Shown here piece after piece: positions 19,091 through 28,571 of a stretch of 64,000 bases of DNA. The notes beneath the pieces were generated by a model that did not search any database, was not told where the DNA came from, and was given only the letters and a program-made list of their open reading frames with translations. The position numbers and the translations under genes are program-made. This DNA is from Rhodospirillaceae bacterium. GTDB lineage: Bacteria; Pseudomonadota; Alphaproteobacteria; Rhodospirillales; CALINB01. The stretch is taken from positions 323-64,322 of the forward strand of contig JAYNQW010000007.1 in the NCBI GenBank assembly GCA_038114465.1, read 5' to 3'. Within the stretch, counting starts at the first letter, position 1. Every line of letters begins with the position of its first letter.

Positions 19091-20524
19091 TTGGCACGCA
19101 GCAAAACGATTTTCATTTGCCAAGACTGCGGCGCAAGCTTTCCGAAATGGAGCGGCCAATGCGAGGCCTGCAGCGCATGGAATACGCTCATTGAAGAAAC
19201 CCCGGCCGAATCCGCCCCGAAGGGACTGGGCGCTAAAAAAGGCCGAACGATACAGTTCGTCGGACTCGACGGCAGCGGTGAAGAAGCCCCCCGGCGCACC
19301 ACCGGCATCGGCGAATTTGACCGGGTGTGCGGCGGCGGCCTGGTTGCCGGGTCCGCGATTCTCGTCGGCGGGGATCCGGGCATCGGGAAATCAACGGTCC
19401 TGTTACAGGCCTGCGCGGCATTATCAAAACATGCGCGATGCGCCTACATCACCGGCGAGGAAAGCATTGAGCAGCTTCGCCTGCGCGCCCGCCGGCTTGG
19501 CGTGCAGGATTCGAACGTAGACCTAGCGGCTGCAACATCTGTACGGGATATTGTCGCAACCTTAGATGATGTCAAAGGCCCGGACGTGGTTGTGATCGAC
19601 TCGATCCAAACCATGTATCTCGACAATCTCGACTCCGCCCCCGGTACCGTCACTCAGGTCCGCACCACGGCTCAGGAACTGATCCGGCTCGCCAAGCGGC
19701 GCAACTTTACGGTCATCCTCGTCGGCCACGTCACCAAGGAAGGCCAGATCGCAGGCCCCCGGGTGCTTGAACACATGGTCGACACGGTTCTCTATTTCGA
19801 GGGCGAACGCAGCCATCAATTTAGAATCCTCCGTTCGGTTAAAAACCGCTTCGGCCCAGCCAACGAAATCGGCGTGTTCGAGATGATGGACACGGGCTTG
19901 GCGGAAGTGAAAAACCCATCGGCGTTGTTCCTGTCCGAACATGACGATGATATCGCCGGCGCCGTGGTCTTTGCCGGTATGGAAGGCACCCGGCCGATGT
20001 TGGTGGAAATCCAGACCCTTATCGCGCCCTCGGCCCTCGGTACGCCGCGGCGCGCCGTCATCGGCTGGGATAGCGGCCGCCTCGCCATGATATTAGCGGT
20101 TCTGGAAACCCGCTGTGGCCTCGCCTTTGCCGGACAAGACGTCTATTTGAATGTCGCCGGGGGCTTTCGCATCACCGAACCGGCTGCCGACCTTGCCGTC
20201 GCTGCCGCCTTGGTCTCCGCCGCAACGGGCAGACCGGTCCCGGCCAATACCATTGTATTCGGTGAAGTCGGCCTCTCGGGCGAAGTCCGCTCGGTTGCCC
20301 ACCGGGAGGCCCGGATCAAGGAAGCCACCAAGCTGGGCTTCACCCAGGCGCTCGGCCCCCATCAACGACGGCAAAATGATAAAAAAAGCACAAAAAAACC
20401 GGCGGCGGATGGTATAGAGACGCAAGCCATCAGCCAATTATCCGAACTCATGACTTTCTTTAATATCACCGCCCCCCTCGAGACCGCGAACGACCATCAA
20501 GGAAAACGTGTCCAACATGGATAG
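19091..20524 (+). CDS. radA: DNA repair protein RadA/Sms
   Basis: N-terminal zinc finger CQDCG...CEAC, Walker A GDPGIGKST, the KNRFG motif and a Lon-like C-domain. TTG start with RBS aaggaag. Confidence 0.95.
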   Translation: MARSKTIFICQDCGASFPKWSGQCEACSAWNTLIEETPAESAPKGLGAKKGRTIQFVGLDGSGEEAPRRTTGIGEFDRVCGGGLVAGSAILVGGDPGIGKSTVLLQACAALSKHARCAYITGEESIEQLRLRARRLGVQDSNVDLAAATSVRDIVATLDDVKGPDVVVIDSIQTMYLDNLDSAPGTVTQVRTTAQELIRLAKRRNFTVILVGHVTKEGQIAGPRVLEHMVDTVLYFEGERSHQFRILRSVKNRFGPANEIGVFEMMDTGLAEVKNPSALFLSEHDDDIAGAVVFAGMEGTRPMLVEIQTLIAPSALGTPRRAVIGWDSGRLAMILAVLETRCGLAFAGQDVYLNVAGGFRITEPAADLAVAAALVSAATGRPVPANTIVFGEVGLSGEVRSVAHREARIKEATKLGFTQALGPHQRRQNDKKSTKKPAADGIETQAISQLSELMTFFNITAPLETANDHQGKRVQHG

Positions 20525-21185
20525 CTTGCCCGTTAACGCAACCGATCTGGTCATTTTTGTGGTCTTGCTCATCTCCGCCTTGCTCGCCTTCGCGCGCGGT
20601 TTCGTCCACGAGCTTTTATCAATAGTCGGCTGGATCGGCGCCATCTTTGCGACGATTTACGGCTATCCTTATCTCAAACCATTTGCCCGCGATCTCATTG
20701 CCTGGAAAATCGTTGCTGATATCACCGCCGGTGCGGTGATTTTTATTGTCAGCCTCATCGTCCTTTCCGTCATCACCAGTACCATTTCAAAACAAGTGCG
20801 TACCAGCGCCTTAAACGCATTGGACCGGGCCTTGGGATTTTTATTCGGCATCCTGCGCGGTGCCGTAGTGGTATGCCTAGTCTATATCGGTATCGAGTGG
20901 ATGTGGCCGCCGAAGGATCAGCCGAATTGGTTGCGCAGCGCACGGACCATCACACTGGTTGAAAATGGTGCGGCGTTATTGAAATCTTTTGTTCCTCAAT
21001 CCACCCGGGATAAAAGCAAGAAAGCCGCCCAGGACGCCGAACAAAAAATTCGCAAGAAGATCAATGAACGCATATATAAGGAGATGGTTTCACCGTCGCC
21101 AAAAAAGACATCCGAACCATTGCCGGAAGGTTACGGCAGCAAAGAACGCCGTGACATGAACCGGCTGATCGAGGGCAGCCAATGA
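20517..21185 (+). CDS. cvpA: CvpA family membrane protein (colicin V production protein)
   Basis: Four hydrophobic helices, and the position immediately upstream of and overlapping purF (classical cvpA-purF pair). ATG 20517 was preferred over GTG 20508. Confidence 0.8.
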   Translation: MDSLPVNATDLVIFVVLLISALLAFARGFVHELLSIVGWIGAIFATIYGYPYLKPFARDLIAWKIVADITAGAVIFIVSLIVLSVITSTISKQVRTSALNALDRALGFLFGILRGAVVVCLVYIGIEWMWPPKDQPNWLRSARTITLVENGAALLKSFVPQSTRDKSKKAAQDAEQKIRKKINERIYKEMVSPSPKKTSEPLPEGYGSKERRDMNRLIEGSQ

Positions 21186-22642
21186 CATCAAGGCTTGATG
21201 ATCTGATCAATCAAGACAGACTCCATGAAGAATGCGGCGTGTTCGGCGTGTTCGGTCATGAAGAAGCCGCCGCCTTGACGGCCCTCGGACTCCACGCCTT
21301 ACAGCACCGCGGCCAGGAAGCCGCCGGCATCGTCTCGTTCGACGGTGAACATTTCCATAGCCACCGCGCCTTGGGTTTGATCGGCGACAACTTCAATTCC
21401 GAAGACGTGATCAAACCACTCAAAGGCTCGCTTGCCGTCGGCCATACCCGGTATTCGACGGCAGGCGAAACCGTGCTGCGTAATGTCCAACCCTTATTTG
21501 CTGATTTTCAGTTCGGCGGGCTTGCGATTGCCCACAACGGAAACCTCACAAATGCTTATCGCATTCGCCGCGATCTGGTGCGCCGCGGTTGCATTTTCCA
21601 ATCGACCAGCGATACCGAAATCATTGTTCATCTCATCGCCATTTCACTCGGTCACCGAGTCGTCGACCGTGTGACCGATGCCTTGCGCCAAGTTGATGGT
21701 GCTTATTCCTTGGTTTGCATTACCCAGAAAAAACTCATAGGCCTGCGCGACCCCTACGGCGTTCGCCCTCTCGTCCTTGGACGGCTCGATGGCGCATATA
21801 TTTTGGCTTCCGAGACTTGCGCCCTCGACATCATCGGCGCCACCTTTGAGCGGGATATCGAACCAGGCGAACTCGTCGTTATTGATGCCGACGGCCTGCA
21901 TTCCCTTAAACCGTTTCCCACGGCACCAAGCCGGTTTTGTGTTTTCGAATATATTTATTTCGCCCGCCCCGACAGCGTTATGGAAGGCAAAAACGTTTAC
22001 GACGTGCGCAAGCGCATCGGTATGGAGCTGGCCCGCGAAACACCCGTCGAAGCGGATTACATCGTGCCGGTGCCTGACTCAGGCGTACCGGCGGCCATCG
22101 GCTACGCCCAGGAATCCGGCATCCCATTTGAGCTTGGGATTATCCGCAACCATTATGTCGGACGCACCTTTATCGAGCCGACGGATAACATCCGCCACTT
22201 AGGCGTTAAATTAAAACATAATGCCAATTTGGCTTTTCTCGCCGGCAAGCGAGTCGTGCTGATTGATGATTCCGTCGTTCGGGGCACAACGTCCGTTAAG
22301 ATTGTCGAGATGGTGCGAGCTGCGGGCGCAACAGAAATTCACATGCGCATTTCAAGCCCACCGGTCACCGACTCATGCTTTTACGGTATCGATACCCCCT
22401 CGCAGGACGAACTATTGGCCTTCAACTACACCCTTGAGGAGATGACCCGGCATATCGGCGTCGACAGCCTCGCCTTTATTTCAGACGACGGACTTTACCG
22501 GGCCGTTTGCGGCGAAAACCGTAACGAAGGTGATCCGCAATATTGCGACGCCTGCTTTACCAGTAACTATCCAATTCGCCTGACCGACCAGGAAGACGGC
22601 CTTGCGCCGCGGCAATTGTCCTTACTGGCCGAACCGGACTAG
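21182..22642 (+). CDS. purF: Amidophosphoribosyltransferase
   Basis: ECGVFGVFG N-terminal nucleophile context, the PRTase motif VVLIDDSVVRGTT and C-terminal Fe-S cysteines (CFYGIDTP, CDACF). Confidence 0.95.
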   Translation: MTSRLDDLINQDRLHEECGVFGVFGHEEAAALTALGLHALQHRGQEAAGIVSFDGEHFHSHRALGLIGDNFNSEDVIKPLKGSLAVGHTRYSTAGETVLRNVQPLFADFQFGGLAIAHNGNLTNAYRIRRDLVRRGCIFQSTSDTEIIVHLIAISLGHRVVDRVTDALRQVDGAYSLVCITQKKLIGLRDPYGVRPLVLGRLDGAYILASETCALDIIGATFERDIEPGELVVIDADGLHSLKPFPTAPSRFCVFEYIYFARPDSVMEGKNVYDVRKRIGMELARETPVEADYIVPVPDSGVPAAIGYAQESGIPFELGIIRNHYVGRTFIEPTDNIRHLGVKLKHNANLAFLAGKRVVLIDDSVVRGTTSVKIVEMVRAAGATEIHMRISSPPVTDSCFYGIDTPSQDELLAFNYTLEEMTRHIGVDSLAFISDDGLYRAVCGENRNEGDPQYCDACFTSNYPIRLTDQEDGLAPRQLSLLAEPD

Positions 22643-22653
22643 CCGGTAATTTT

Positions 22654-23376
22654 ATGACGGACGAAAAACGCCTTTCTGGCCGCATTGCGCTCGTCACCGG
22701 CGCTTCCCGGGGTATTGGCCGCGCCGTCGCCAAACGGTTCGCTGAAGAAGGCGCGCACGTCATCATCAATGCCCGCACGCAAGGAGCCTTAGAAGAGCTG
22801 GATGATGAAATCCAAGCCATCGGCGGCCAAGCAACATTGGTACCAGGCGACCTCACCGATTTCGATATGATCGATCAAATGGGCCGGGCCGTGTTCGAGC
22901 GTTGGAAAAAACTCGATATCCTTGTCGGCAATGCCGGTGTTCTCGGTACCCTCTCGCCAATTCCCCATATCGACCCGAAAACCTGGGATCAGGTCATGGC
23001 CGTCAATGTTACCGTCAATTACCGGCTGATACGCAGTTTCGATCCGCTGTTACGCGCCTCCGATGCGGGCCGCACTATCTTTGTCTCCTCCGGTGTTGCC
23101 AGCAAGCCACGTGCTTATTGGGGTGTTTACGCGGTTAGCAAGGCCGCCCTTGAAACCATGGCGCGGATTTATGCCGAAGAAGTGAAATCGTCGAATTTAC
23201 GCGTTAACATTATCAACCCGGGCGCGACCCGAACCGGCATGCGGGCCGAAGCCATGCCCGGGGAAGACCCGGAAATACTAAAAACGCCGGAAAGTATCAC
23301 CGGGCTTTTTGTTGACCTTGCCGCGCCCAGTTGCCAAAAACACGGCGAGATATTTGATGCCAAAGCGGATGCATAA
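22654..23376 (+). CDS. Short-chain dehydrogenase/reductase (SDR) family oxidoreductase
   Basis: Cofactor-binding motif TGASRGIGRA, plus NAG and YAVSKAA catalytic motifs. Confidence 0.8.
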   Translation: MTDEKRLSGRIALVTGASRGIGRAVAKRFAEEGAHVIINARTQGALEELDDEIQAIGGQATLVPGDLTDFDMIDQMGRAVFERWKKLDILVGNAGVLGTLSPIPHIDPKTWDQVMAVNVTVNYRLIRSFDPLLRASDAGRTIFVSSGVASKPRAYWGVYAVSKAALETMARIYAEEVKSSNLRVNIINPGATRTGMRAEAMPGEDPEILKTPESITGLFVDLAAPSCQKHGEIFDAKADA

Positions 23377-23406
23377 TCAACGCAGAACCAAACTTTAAGG
23401 ACAATC

Positions 23407-24537
23407 ATGACGAAAACCGAACAAGACCCCCGCCTTTTAACCCCCGGCCCACTGACGACGACGGCACGAACCAAGGAAGCCATGCTGCACGACTGGGGAT
23501 CACGCGACCAAAAATTCATCAATATCAACAAGCGGGTCCGTGAACGGTTATTGGAAATCGCCGGCGTTTCGGACACGCACGAATGCGTCCCCATGCAGGG
23601 CAGCGGCACGTTCGTCGTCGAGGCAACTCTCGGCACGCTTCTGTCCCGGGACGGCAAAACCCTCGTCGTAATCAATGGCGCCTACGGAACGCGCATGACC
23701 CACATGCTCGATAAAATGGGCCGCAGCTATGTGACTTATGAAACGGCGGAGAACGAACCGCCTAATCCGGACGACATTGATAAACTGCTGACCGACGACG
23801 ATGCCATCGATTTCGTGACCATCGTTCATTGTGAAACCACCGCCGGCATTCTCAATCCGATTGAAGCGGTCGCGCAGGTCATTGCCAAACACAAGCGCAA
23901 CCTGATTATCGATTCCATGAGCGCATTCGGTGCTATACCCCTCGATCCCGCACAAACGCCTTATGCCGCAATCGTCTTTTCCGCCAACAAATGTTTTGAA
24001 GGCGTACCCGGTTTGGGCTTTTCCATCATTCGCCGCGACATCTTGGAAGGAGCCGCGGGCAACGCGCATTCCCTCAGCCTCGATCTGCACGATCAGTGGA
24101 AAGCCCTCGAAGCGGGCGGACAATACCGGTTCACGCCGCCGGTTCAGGTCATTTGCGCATTCGAACAGGCCTTAGATCAATTCGACGCGGAAGGCGGCGT
24201 CGCCGGGCGCAACAAGCGCTACGCCGACAACTGCCGCATCCTGCTCGACGGCCTGCGCGAGATGGGCTTTAAGACCTTGCTGTCGGATAACCTGCAGGCG
24301 CCGATCATCGTTTCGGTTCATATGCCGGCCGATCCGAAGTTCATCTTCAAGGATTTTTACGACGCAATGGAAAAGAAAGGCTTTGTTTTGTACCCAGGCA
24401 AACTCACCATTGCCGACACCTTTCGTGTGGGATGCATCGGCGCGCTCGATGAAAACGATATGAACGCTGCCCTCAGTGCCATGCGTCAAACTTTGAAGGA
24501 TATGGGCGTCAAAAGCGGTGCGCCTGCACGTGTGTAG
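23407..24537 (+). CDS. phnW: 2-aminoethylphosphonate--pyruvate transaminase (PhnW-like class V aminotransferase)
   Basis: Close motif-by-motif resemblance to PhnW: LLTPGPLTT, MQGSGTF, SANKC.EGVPG (PLP lysine), SLSLDL..QW, RFTPP and YPGK...FRVGCIG. Confidence 0.75.
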   Translation: MTKTEQDPRLLTPGPLTTTARTKEAMLHDWGSRDQKFININKRVRERLLEIAGVSDTHECVPMQGSGTFVVEATLGTLLSRDGKTLVVINGAYGTRMTHMLDKMGRSYVTYETAENEPPNPDDIDKLLTDDDAIDFVTIVHCETTAGILNPIEAVAQVIAKHKRNLIIDSMSAFGAIPLDPAQTPYAAIVFSANKCFEGVPGLGFSIIRRDILEGAAGNAHSLSLDLHDQWKALEAGGQYRFTPPVQVICAFEQALDQFDAEGGVAGRNKRYADNCRILLDGLREMGFKTLLSDNLQAPIIVSVHMPADPKFIFKDFYDAMEKKGFVLYPGKLTIADTFRVGCIGALDENDMNAALSAMRQTLKDMGVKSGAPARV

Positions 24538-24597
24538 ATTAAATTTCCATGAATTGCATCTCAATAACACCCGATCATTATTTGGCGGTTGAATGAA

Positions 24598-25317
24598 ATG
24601 ACGTTTCGTCGTCGCCTTACATATTTTGCACATTTATTTAAAGCTGTATTCAAACAGCATCATCTAAAATTACGCCCTCTACTCATGAGGCTTATTCCGA
24701 ACAATAGCGTCGTCATTGATGTCGGAGGGCACGCCGGTCAGTTCGCAAAATTATTTACTCATATTGTAAAACAAGGCCATGCATTTACATTTGAACCCGG
24801 CCAATACGCACTTTCCATCTTACGATATGCCATTAAATTTAATTTCATAAATAATGTAACCATCACACCGCTCGGTTTGTCCGATAAATGCGAGTCGCAG
24901 CCCCTTGTTGTTCCCATTAAAAGCTCAGGTGTTGTTAGGTTTGGCCTTAGTAGTTTTGGAAAAACAGAGAATGATCAAGCTTGTGAACAAGATATCGTGA
25001 ACACGACGACACTGGACGACTTTTGCTCCAAACAAAAATTAGACCGGATTGATTTTATTAAAGCGGATATCGAAGGGTGGGAACTTCGCATGCTAGAAGG
25101 CGGACGCCAATGCTTGTCGAAATATCGCCCTGCCCTCATGATTGAGGTCTCTGAACAGCACTTAAATCGGGCTGGTGATTCAGTTCATAAGCTATGGGAG
25201 TTCATGCAAACTCTAAATTACAAACCGCATATAACAAATTCAGATTGTAGTAAATTCAATATGCTCGCAAAACCCCAAGAGGGAGATATATTTTGGCTGC
25301 CGGCTGAGACCCTCTAA
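24598..25317 (+). CDS. FkbM family SAM-dependent methyltransferase
   Basis: VIDVGGHAGQF and IDFIKADIEGWE motifs. The gene is visibly AT-richer than its upstream neighbours. An alternative TTG start lies at 24589. Confidence 0.7.
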   Translation: MTFRRRLTYFAHLFKAVFKQHHLKLRPLLMRLIPNNSVVIDVGGHAGQFAKLFTHIVKQGHAFTFEPGQYALSILRYAIKFNFINNVTITPLGLSDKCESQPLVVPIKSSGVVRFGLSSFGKTENDQACEQDIVNTTTLDDFCSKQKLDRIDFIKADIEGWELRMLEGGRQCLSKYRPALMIEVSEQHLNRAGDSVHKLWEFMQTLNYKPHITNSDCSKFNMLAKPQEGDIFWLPAETL

Positions 25318-25429
25318 CAGCATTGAACAATGCGCATGAATATCATGACAATCGATAATTTTCTCCCCTTTGGGCCCATAGTAGTCACCTCGCATAGAAT
25401 TACGATCTGAAGCAGTTGTAATTAGTAGG

Positions 25430-26722
25430 TTATTTATTACCCACTAACGCCCTGACATCGTGTCCCGTTGGGGCCTCGTGAGCGCGAAGTTCGAATTCAG
25501 GCAATATCGCAAAGACATGATCAAAGATATCCGATTGGATGTTTTCGTATTCGACCCAATCGGTCGTGTTTGTAAAAGCATAAATTTCGATGGGGATTCC
25601 TTCGGCGGACGGATCGAGTTGCCGGACGATGAGCGTCAAGTTTTGGTGAATTTTCGGGTGTGCCTTTAAATAGGAAACAAGATAGGCGCGGAATGTTCCG
25701 ATGTTCGTCAATCTGCGGCCATTCAACCCGATTACCGCATCTGATTTTGTCTCTGCTTTATCTTCTTCGATCTCCTTCAATTTTCCTGCCAGGTAAGCAC
25801 CCAATAAATGAGCCTTTTTCAACCGTTGCAACAGCTGGTCGTCTAAAAACCGGACACTATTGGCTTCCAATAGAATGCTGCGTTTAATCCGCCGACCGCC
25901 GGTCTCTGTCATGCCCCGCCAATTCTTAAATGAATCGGAAATTAGCGCGTAGGTCGGTATTGTCGTAATTGTTTTGTCCCAGTTACGAACTTTGACTGTT
26001 GTCAGAGCAATTTCAATAACGTCACCGTCTGCACCGTATTTCGGCATCTCCAGCCAGTCTCCGACAGACAGCATTTGATTTGCGGATAGCTGAATACCCG
26101 CAACCAATCCGAGAATGGGGTCTTTAAAGACCAACAACAACACCGCCGAGATAGCGCCAAGACCGCTTAATAAAATAATCGGCGATTTGCCCATCAAGGC
26201 GGAAATGGCGAGTAAACCGATAAAAATAGAGGCGATTAGCTTAATCGTTTGAAGCAAACCGCGGAGTGGAAATTGTATGCGATGGGCTCGCTTCGACATC
26301 ATCCTCTGAAATGCATTGAGAAATGAAAAGAATGCGAGGAGGCAGAACAGCAGAATCCATTGTTCCGCTACGGTTTCGATGAGCCGCCGCAGAAAGTGAA
26401 AATCATCCAACCAAAGGCCAATTTGTGTATGAACAACGGCACCTTGGAATACATATGAAATTCGTTGAAATAACCGGCCCGACAGGAGTTCGCCCGACCA
26501 TTGTTGCTCTCGGTTGCCAAAAAAACGCTCAAGCAAGGGGCGCAAAAAACCGTGCAGAAAGAAGTGTAAGGCGATCGCAAAAAGGGCAATCCACAGCAAG
26601 ACAATGCCATCAAATACGATATCGGATACACCGGGCACATGGGTCTCAAGCCACGATAATAGAAATTCTTTGAATTCGCCGTGTAGTGTTTTCACACTTT
26701 TTATTTTGCTGTCGCTCATCAA
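25430..26722 (-). CDS. Mechanosensitive ion channel (MscS family)
   Basis: Several N-terminal TM helices followed by an MscS beta-domain signature (VGDWLEM...GDVIEIALTTVKVRNWDKTITTIPT). Confidence 0.85.
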   Translation of the reverse strand: MMSDSKIKSVKTLHGEFKEFLLSWLETHVPGVSDIVFDGIVLLWIALFAIALHFFLHGFLRPLLERFFGNREQQWSGELLSGRLFQRISYVFQGAVVHTQIGLWLDDFHFLRRLIETVAEQWILLFCLLAFFSFLNAFQRMMSKRAHRIQFPLRGLLQTIKLIASIFIGLLAISALMGKSPIILLSGLGAISAVLLLVFKDPILGLVAGIQLSANQMLSVGDWLEMPKYGADGDVIEIALTTVKVRNWDKTITTIPTYALISDSFKNWRGMTETGGRRIKRSILLEANSVRFLDDQLLQRLKKAHLLGAYLAGKLKEIEEDKAETKSDAVIGLNGRRLTNIGTFRAYLVSYLKAHPKIHQNLTLIVRQLDPSAEGIPIEIYAFTNTTDWVEYENIQSDIFDHVFAILPEFELRAHEAPTGHDVRALVGNK

Positions 26723-26783
26723 TTTAGGCCTTTCCAGAAGCAGCCACGATTAAAAAATGTCTCTATAATTCACCTGAATGGGA

Positions 26784-27497
26784 TCAACGCGATGGCCGCC
26801 AAGCGGCGGCACGCTCCTCCCCTTTTTTAATATCGAATTCAGTCATCCGCTTGGCCAAACGTTCGCGTGCGGCAATGGGATCGTAGGTGCGCTCCATTTT
26901 AAGACACATGTCCCGGCCCGGGATCGCGACCGTATACCATTTATAAGCCTCGACGGGATCGCGATTGACCGCCCAGCCTTCTTCGTAAACACCACCCATG
27001 AGAAACTGCGCGCAGTGATGACCCAGGTTTGCCGCCTGGCGGAACCAGGCGATGGCCTCGCTGACATCTTTCAAAACGCCCCGGCCGCGGTAAAACATCA
27101 TGCCCATCGCCAAGGCAGCTTCGCGCATGCGGCCCTGACGGTATGCCAATTGATACCAGCGCACGGCCCGCACAGGATCCGGACGAACGCCCTCACCTTT
27201 ATCGAAAATTAGACCGAGCTCATATTGGGCTTGAATAACCCCATTCGCCGCCGCTTTTCGATACCAATACAATGCCGTTTGAATGTTTTGCGCGGCACCC
27301 TGCCCGGTTCGATAAAGTTTGGCTATTTCGAATTGCGCTTTCGCGTCACCTTGTTCCGCTTTCGGTTTTAAAGACCGGTACAATTCAACATAGTTAATCG
27401 ATTTACTGGCATCACGGTCTTCTGCGGGGATCAGCCAATAAACACTGCCGATCGCAACAACCGCCAATAAGGTAACAATGGTGACCCGCCAAAACAT
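26784..27497 (-). CDS. Sel1-repeat (TPR-like) protein with N-terminal membrane anchor
   Basis: Repeated Sel1 units (AQFEIAKLYRTGQG, ALYWYRKAAANG, AQYELGLIFDKGEG, AVRWYQLA, AIAWFRQAA) and an N-terminal hydrophobic helix. Confidence 0.75.
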   Translation of the reverse strand: MFWRVTIVTLLAVVAIGSVYWLIPAEDRDASKSINYVELYRSLKPKAEQGDAKAQFEIAKLYRTGQGAAQNIQTALYWYRKAAANGVIQAQYELGLIFDKGEGVRPDPVRAVRWYQLAYRQGRMREAALAMGMMFYRGRGVLKDVSEAIAWFRQAANLGHHCAQFLMGGVYEEGWAVNRDPVEAYKWYTVAIPGRDMCLKMERTYDPIAARERLAKRMTEFDIKKGEERAAAWRPSR

Positions 27498-27560
27498 AAC
27501 AATGTTATAGGACGGACACTCTTTCTAAGGGAGTCGGAATTTACGGAAGTTTATTATGAA

Positions 27561-27998
27561 TTACGGATGGTCTTCATCCGGATCATACTTCGGGCGCAAA
27601 AAATCCATGGGCGGCATCTGCGGTGCCGGTTTGCCTTGATTATGCTTATCCCGGTTATTGACCGGCACCCGCGGATCATAAGGATTGGGCCGGTCGTAGC
27701 AAGTCGTCGTGCCAAGCGTCGGATAACAGTACAGGTTCGTTTGCTGAAGATTTTTTTCGTCTTCCTTGCAGTAATGATGGCCTCGCTGGTAGCGCGCGGT
27801 CGAACAATCTCTGCCGCTGCCCAATGAAATCACATGATCGGGAATGGTCTTGCCTGTACTGGTCGTACTGACGACTTCGGCGATGCCGTAGCCGGAACAT
27901 GCCGATAACGCTAAAAGCGCTACGATACCGGCGATCAGCACCAATATGCGCAAGGAAAAAAATCGGGTAATCGACGTCATCGGGACCCCCACTCCCAT
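27561..27998 (-). CDS. Small lipoprotein, unknown function
   Basis: Signal peptide with the lipobox LALSAC, and Cys-containing mature part. The start could be the Met at 27980. Confidence 0.55.
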   Translation of the reverse strand: MGVGVPMTSITRFFSLRILVLIAGIVALLALSACSGYGIAEVVSTTSTGKTIPDHVISLGSGRDCSTARYQRGHHYCKEDEKNLQQTNLYCYPTLGTTTCYDRPNPYDPRVPVNNRDKHNQGKPAPQMPPMDFLRPKYDPDEDHP

Positions 27999-28050
27999 CT
28001 AGAGCCAATCAAGTAACCACAAATCCAGCCTGAGAATGACTCAATGCTGG

Positions 28051-28066
28051 TTAAAGAGGCCTTAAC
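28051..28066. promoter_or_regulatory. CtrA-box-like motif TTAA-N7-TTAAC
   Basis: The exact string TTAAAGAGGCCTTAAC lies in the divergent intergenic region between the lipoprotein gene and a small + strand ORF. This is a single site with no functional evidence. Confidence 0.25.
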
Positions 28067-28163
28067 GCAGCCCTACTAGGCCTTGCCCCTGAATTCATTG
28101 CCGATTCAAAGCCCTATGGTTAACGACCCATCGGCCGCCTGACGTTAACAAAGGTTAACAGCT

Positions 28164-28210
28164 GCGGAAAATACTTATTTATTTTTCAAGTACTTAGCTT
28201 TATTTTCCGC
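28164..28210. repeat. 10-bp perfect inverted repeat (gcggaaaata / tattttccgc) with a 27-nt AT-rich spacer containing the palindrome aagtactt
   Basis: Read directly from the sequence. It lies about 90 nt upstream of the small ORF starting at 28303. Confidence 0.6.
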
Positions 28211-28302
28211 AACTCATTAAGGTTGTGACCTGTATCACAGCCGAGACCAAAAAGTTCGGACATATTGCCCACACAAGAGGCCAAGAACCTAAGGAGAAGA
28301 AC

Positions 28303-28494
28303 GTGAACGCCATCGACATGACAAGAAACGGCGCGGCGCCGGCACAAAAAGCCAAATCGGCAGCACCCGCAAAAAAAACAGTCGGCAAGATCCTGCGTGA
28401 TAAAGAAGCCGAATTTATCGGCCCTGTAACTTTTGCCCTTCAGGTCGCCTGTGTCGTAGCGTTAGTTTGGGTTTCTATCCACTTCTGGGCCTAG
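28303..28494 (+). CDS. Small hypothetical tail-anchored membrane protein (63 aa)
   Basis: GTG start 7 nt after the RBS aaggagaag. Lys/Ala-rich N-terminal half, a single C-terminal hydrophobic helix, and a terminator downstream. No family recognised. Confidence 0.3.
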   Translation: MNAIDMTRNGAAPAQKAKSAAPAKKTVGKILRDKEAEFIGPVTFALQVACVVALVWVSIHFWA

Positions 28495-28525
28495 TCTGCC
28501 GATTTAACGAGTATTCTCCGAAGAC

Positions 28526-28553
28526 AAAGGCCGCATCCGCGGCCTTTCATTTT
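28526..28553. terminator. Bidirectional rho-independent terminator between convergent genes
   Basis: Stem aaggccgc / gcggcctt with loop atcc, flanked by an A-run upstream and a T-rich tail downstream. Confidence 0.55.
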
Positions 28554-28571
28554 GCCCGGTTCAAAAAATTT

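Noticed and set aside
28144-28159. GTTAACAAAGGTTAAC considered as a second CtrA box.
   Set aside because: The spacing is TTAA-N6-TTAA, not the required N7. It is kept only as part of the GTTAAC repeat observation.
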